Shown in pieces: positions 61,476 through 64,000 of a stretch of 64,000 bases of DNA (positions are counted from its first letter, which is position 1; every line of letters begins with the position of its first letter). The notes beneath the pieces were generated by a model that searched no databases, was not told where the DNA came from, and saw only the letters and a program-made list of their open reading frames with translations. The DNA lies in NCBI GenBank assembly GCA_051294905.1, contig CM119372.1, forward strand, positions 806,001 to 870,000, given 5' to 3'. Origin of the DNA: Botryllus schlosseri (Eukaryota). The translations under genes and the position numbers were made by a program.

Positions 61476-63592
61476 CTAATGCAACTCTTCCAAGTTGATC
61501 TTCTTCTCTGTGTAGACGCGGAGAAGGTAGCTCGCCACTTTGTCCGGGTAGAATGTGGACGGTACGATCACGTAATGCCCTGGTGACATCAGTGAGGTGG
61601 CGCTTACTTCACGGTTATTGGTGAAAGATCCAGAATTGAGGTAGTCTCGGTTGTAACGGAAATGGTTCACAACCAGGCGTCTACGAGGCTCACTTTTAAC
61701 CTGAGATTAAAAGAAATAAATACGATTGTTGATATATTAAGTAATTTCCAATTCTCTACTAGTTGCTGAAGATTACCCTTGACGAGTGTCAGCCGAAAAT
61801 ATTCGGGCTCATTTCAATATCAGCATATCATCCAATTGTATAGGATTTAGTCCGAATGCCTCCACAATAACGATAGAAAGAGAGAGCATGGACATACTTC
61901 TACTTTTCCAATGTCGTTACGTAAAAAGCAATTTTGCCTCAAGTAGAAGTGGGGGTATTCTAAAACACAAGTACTTGAGTAAGTAGTGAGAGTACGCAAA
62001 ATCTACTCGAGTGCCCCTAAAAGTACAAGTACTTCGTTATTATAATTCTGGTTGTCTAATTTGACTAATTGGTGCGAAATGTCGGTAATCTGATCTAATC
62101 TGTGAAATGTTTCTATGCTCTGATTCAAAGCTAATCCAATTTCTGGTTTTCCTGAATGCTACAGGAGAACCGTATCGTGCAAAACGAGCCAATCTCGTTG
62201 TACAGACATTTGCCATTCTCGTGTTTCTGAGAATCAACGTTGATTGAATATGAAGTGAACTCGATTTTTGTCTTATTTCTTTATGATTCGGAATTAAATT
62301 CAATTTCCAAGTTTTTGTGAGTTCAGTGATTCTCATTCTAATGTCATTTGAAAAAAACTGTATAGCTATCATTCTAATCTAATTAGTAAAAGCCTAAAAT
62401 ATTCTAGTTTTCCCACTGTAGAAATTAGACTAGCGCGCCCGCGAGACGTAACGCAGTACTTTTACTTTACAAAGTAGTTAAAGTGGATTTTACCTGCTCA
62501 CACTACTACAAGTGGTTATGATTATAGACTACTTCCTATTCTACTTGACAGTTCTCAGTTTTTAAAGCTAAACTAGGCCCATAGTACTTACTCTTTTACT
62601 TAATTGTAAACTTCTACTTGAGTGTGATATGACGCGTTACTTCTACTTCTACTTGAGTGTGATATGACGCGTAACTTCTACTTCTACTTGAGTACCCACG
62701 GTGACTACTATCACCGCCTCCGGACACGCCTCGAAGACGTAAAATAATTGCAGTACCTTGTACACTGAGAATCCGATGTGATGATTTTCCAGTCCTTGAG
62801 CCTTTCCCACTCTTCTGTATTCCTGCATCAGTCCGATGGCGACTGAACATTTGCCTTCGCTCTCAGGCTCGTCCACGGCCGCGTCGAAATCGTCTGAAAC
62901 CGATCGGAAGGGGTATTTGAACAGCTTTAGGGGCATTGCTATGCTTAAACATGAAATAAATCATAGAGTCTACCTCTGGACACTTGCAAGCGGTGGTCGT
63001 CAGTATAAGTATATCGAGGTACTTCTGCTTTTTCAGAGTAGGGTTCGGGTGCCATAAACGTTGTGTGCTATAAACGTTCGGACGTCAATGAAACGCAAAT
63101 TCGATTGTTGACAAACTGTCGGAAATTTACGGATAACATGTGCTTAACCACAGGCACAAAAGTAAGTGCTTTTATAATGGCTAATATCAAACCGGCGGAC
63201 GTGGAAGCTACATCATTCCATAGCTTACTACATTATTCGCCATCGCACCGTACCCAGGAGAGGTGTGGGTTTAATTTTAATGGTTATATCCTATTAACAC
63301 TTTGTTGATGCACTGTTTATTATGTGCATCAATATTCTATATTAGATGTGTGCGTGTGTGTGTGATATGGGGGGGGGGGGGGGGAGGAAGTTTAAAGGCT
63401 TGCAGATTTGCGTAAGTGTTCCCCGGGTTCGTAAACATTAAAACCCACTGCTCTATACAGAAACCGTAGTCACCTGGTTCCCGTAGCTCCAAGTAATACT
63501 GCGGGTTCGTAGCAAACTTCTCGACCTCGTTTCTACATCCCCCAGCAGTCACACCCCTTACCCACGACCCTCTCGCTTTAGACAGGAACCAC
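61476..63592 (-). CDS. Calpain B, 3' exons only (63474-63592, 62757-62893, 61476-61700); gene continues beyond the window
   Basis: GSWVRGVTAGGCRN...FATNPQY, IGLMQEYRR...IGFSVYK, NNREVS...PGHYVIVPSTFYP...YLLRVYTE form the CBSW domain, followed by a stop. Confidence 0.9.
61775..61808 (+). ncRNA. Hammerhead motif in a Penelope pLTR fragment (C3U variant)
   Basis: accc TTGACGA gtgtcagcc GAAA atattc gggc with pLTR flanks from 61746 to 61840. Confidence 0.65.
62611..62692. repeat. Short tandem duplication (about 33-bp unit) inside an AGTAG-family MITE remnant
   Basis: cttctacttgagtgtgatatgacgcgt occurs twice, plus a partial third copy. Confidence 0.7.
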
Positions 63593-64000
63593 CTACAAAA
63601 AAGATGTTTGCTGAGATCTCATCAAATAACGCCACGTCCAGTTTCAACACGAATTTCTACTCAGTTACAAGTGAAAGTAGCGATTTTTCAAGACGTTCCA
63701 TTTTTTCAAGCATCCTTTCAGCGATACACAACGTATGTAAAACAGACCCGGGCATTCTACAGATACTGACCAAAAGCAGAGCCGGTCACTAGTCATTAAC
63801 GAAATGCTTTTACGTCTTAAAGTACTCAAAGTATATTTGGCTACTTGCACTACTCACTCGACTGGTTCTGTTGTTTTTCTACTTGTCAAATGCCATTTTT
63901 TGGCAGAATTAGGCCTAAAATACTTACTTTTTACTTGTTTGATAATGGCTACCTCTACTTCTACTTGAGTATAAATTTACGTTACGTTACTTTCTCACCT

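Noticed and set aside
1..64000. tRNA, rRNA or snRNA genes
   Set aside because: None were recognised by eye; a covariance-model scan is needed to exclude them.

Overview
AT-rich nuclear DNA from an invertebrate animal (species not determinable), with spliced genes in very dense nested transposon debris. Genes assembled by hand from splice sites and frame: DCAKD (2 exons, -), a C6orf89/BRAP-like gene (8 exons, +), a BTB-BACK-Kelch gene (12-13 exons, -) whose last intron holds intronless DNLZ and SPATA4 on the same strand, and two tandem calpains (-) that end after the CBSW domain; the second runs off the window. Mobile DNA includes a CR1/L2-group LINE with many 3'-tail copies, a Penelope-like element (RT + GIY-YIG), many hAT-type MITEs, a CACTA-type element and foldback elements. 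Most notable: (1) eight dispersed minimal hammerhead-ribozyme motifs from the Penelope pseudo-LTR, with a possible loop-II pseudoknot and mostly broken cores in host-sense copies; (2) the palindrome GCCTAGGC in the LINE 3' tail hit three times by different hAT-type elements, producing an 8-kb nest; (3) 30-60 bp TIR-only palindromes with 7-8 bp TSDs that resemble P-element excision footprints, and two foldbacks inserted at one 7-bp target; (4) two GC-AG introns. All calls were made by eye, without database searches.
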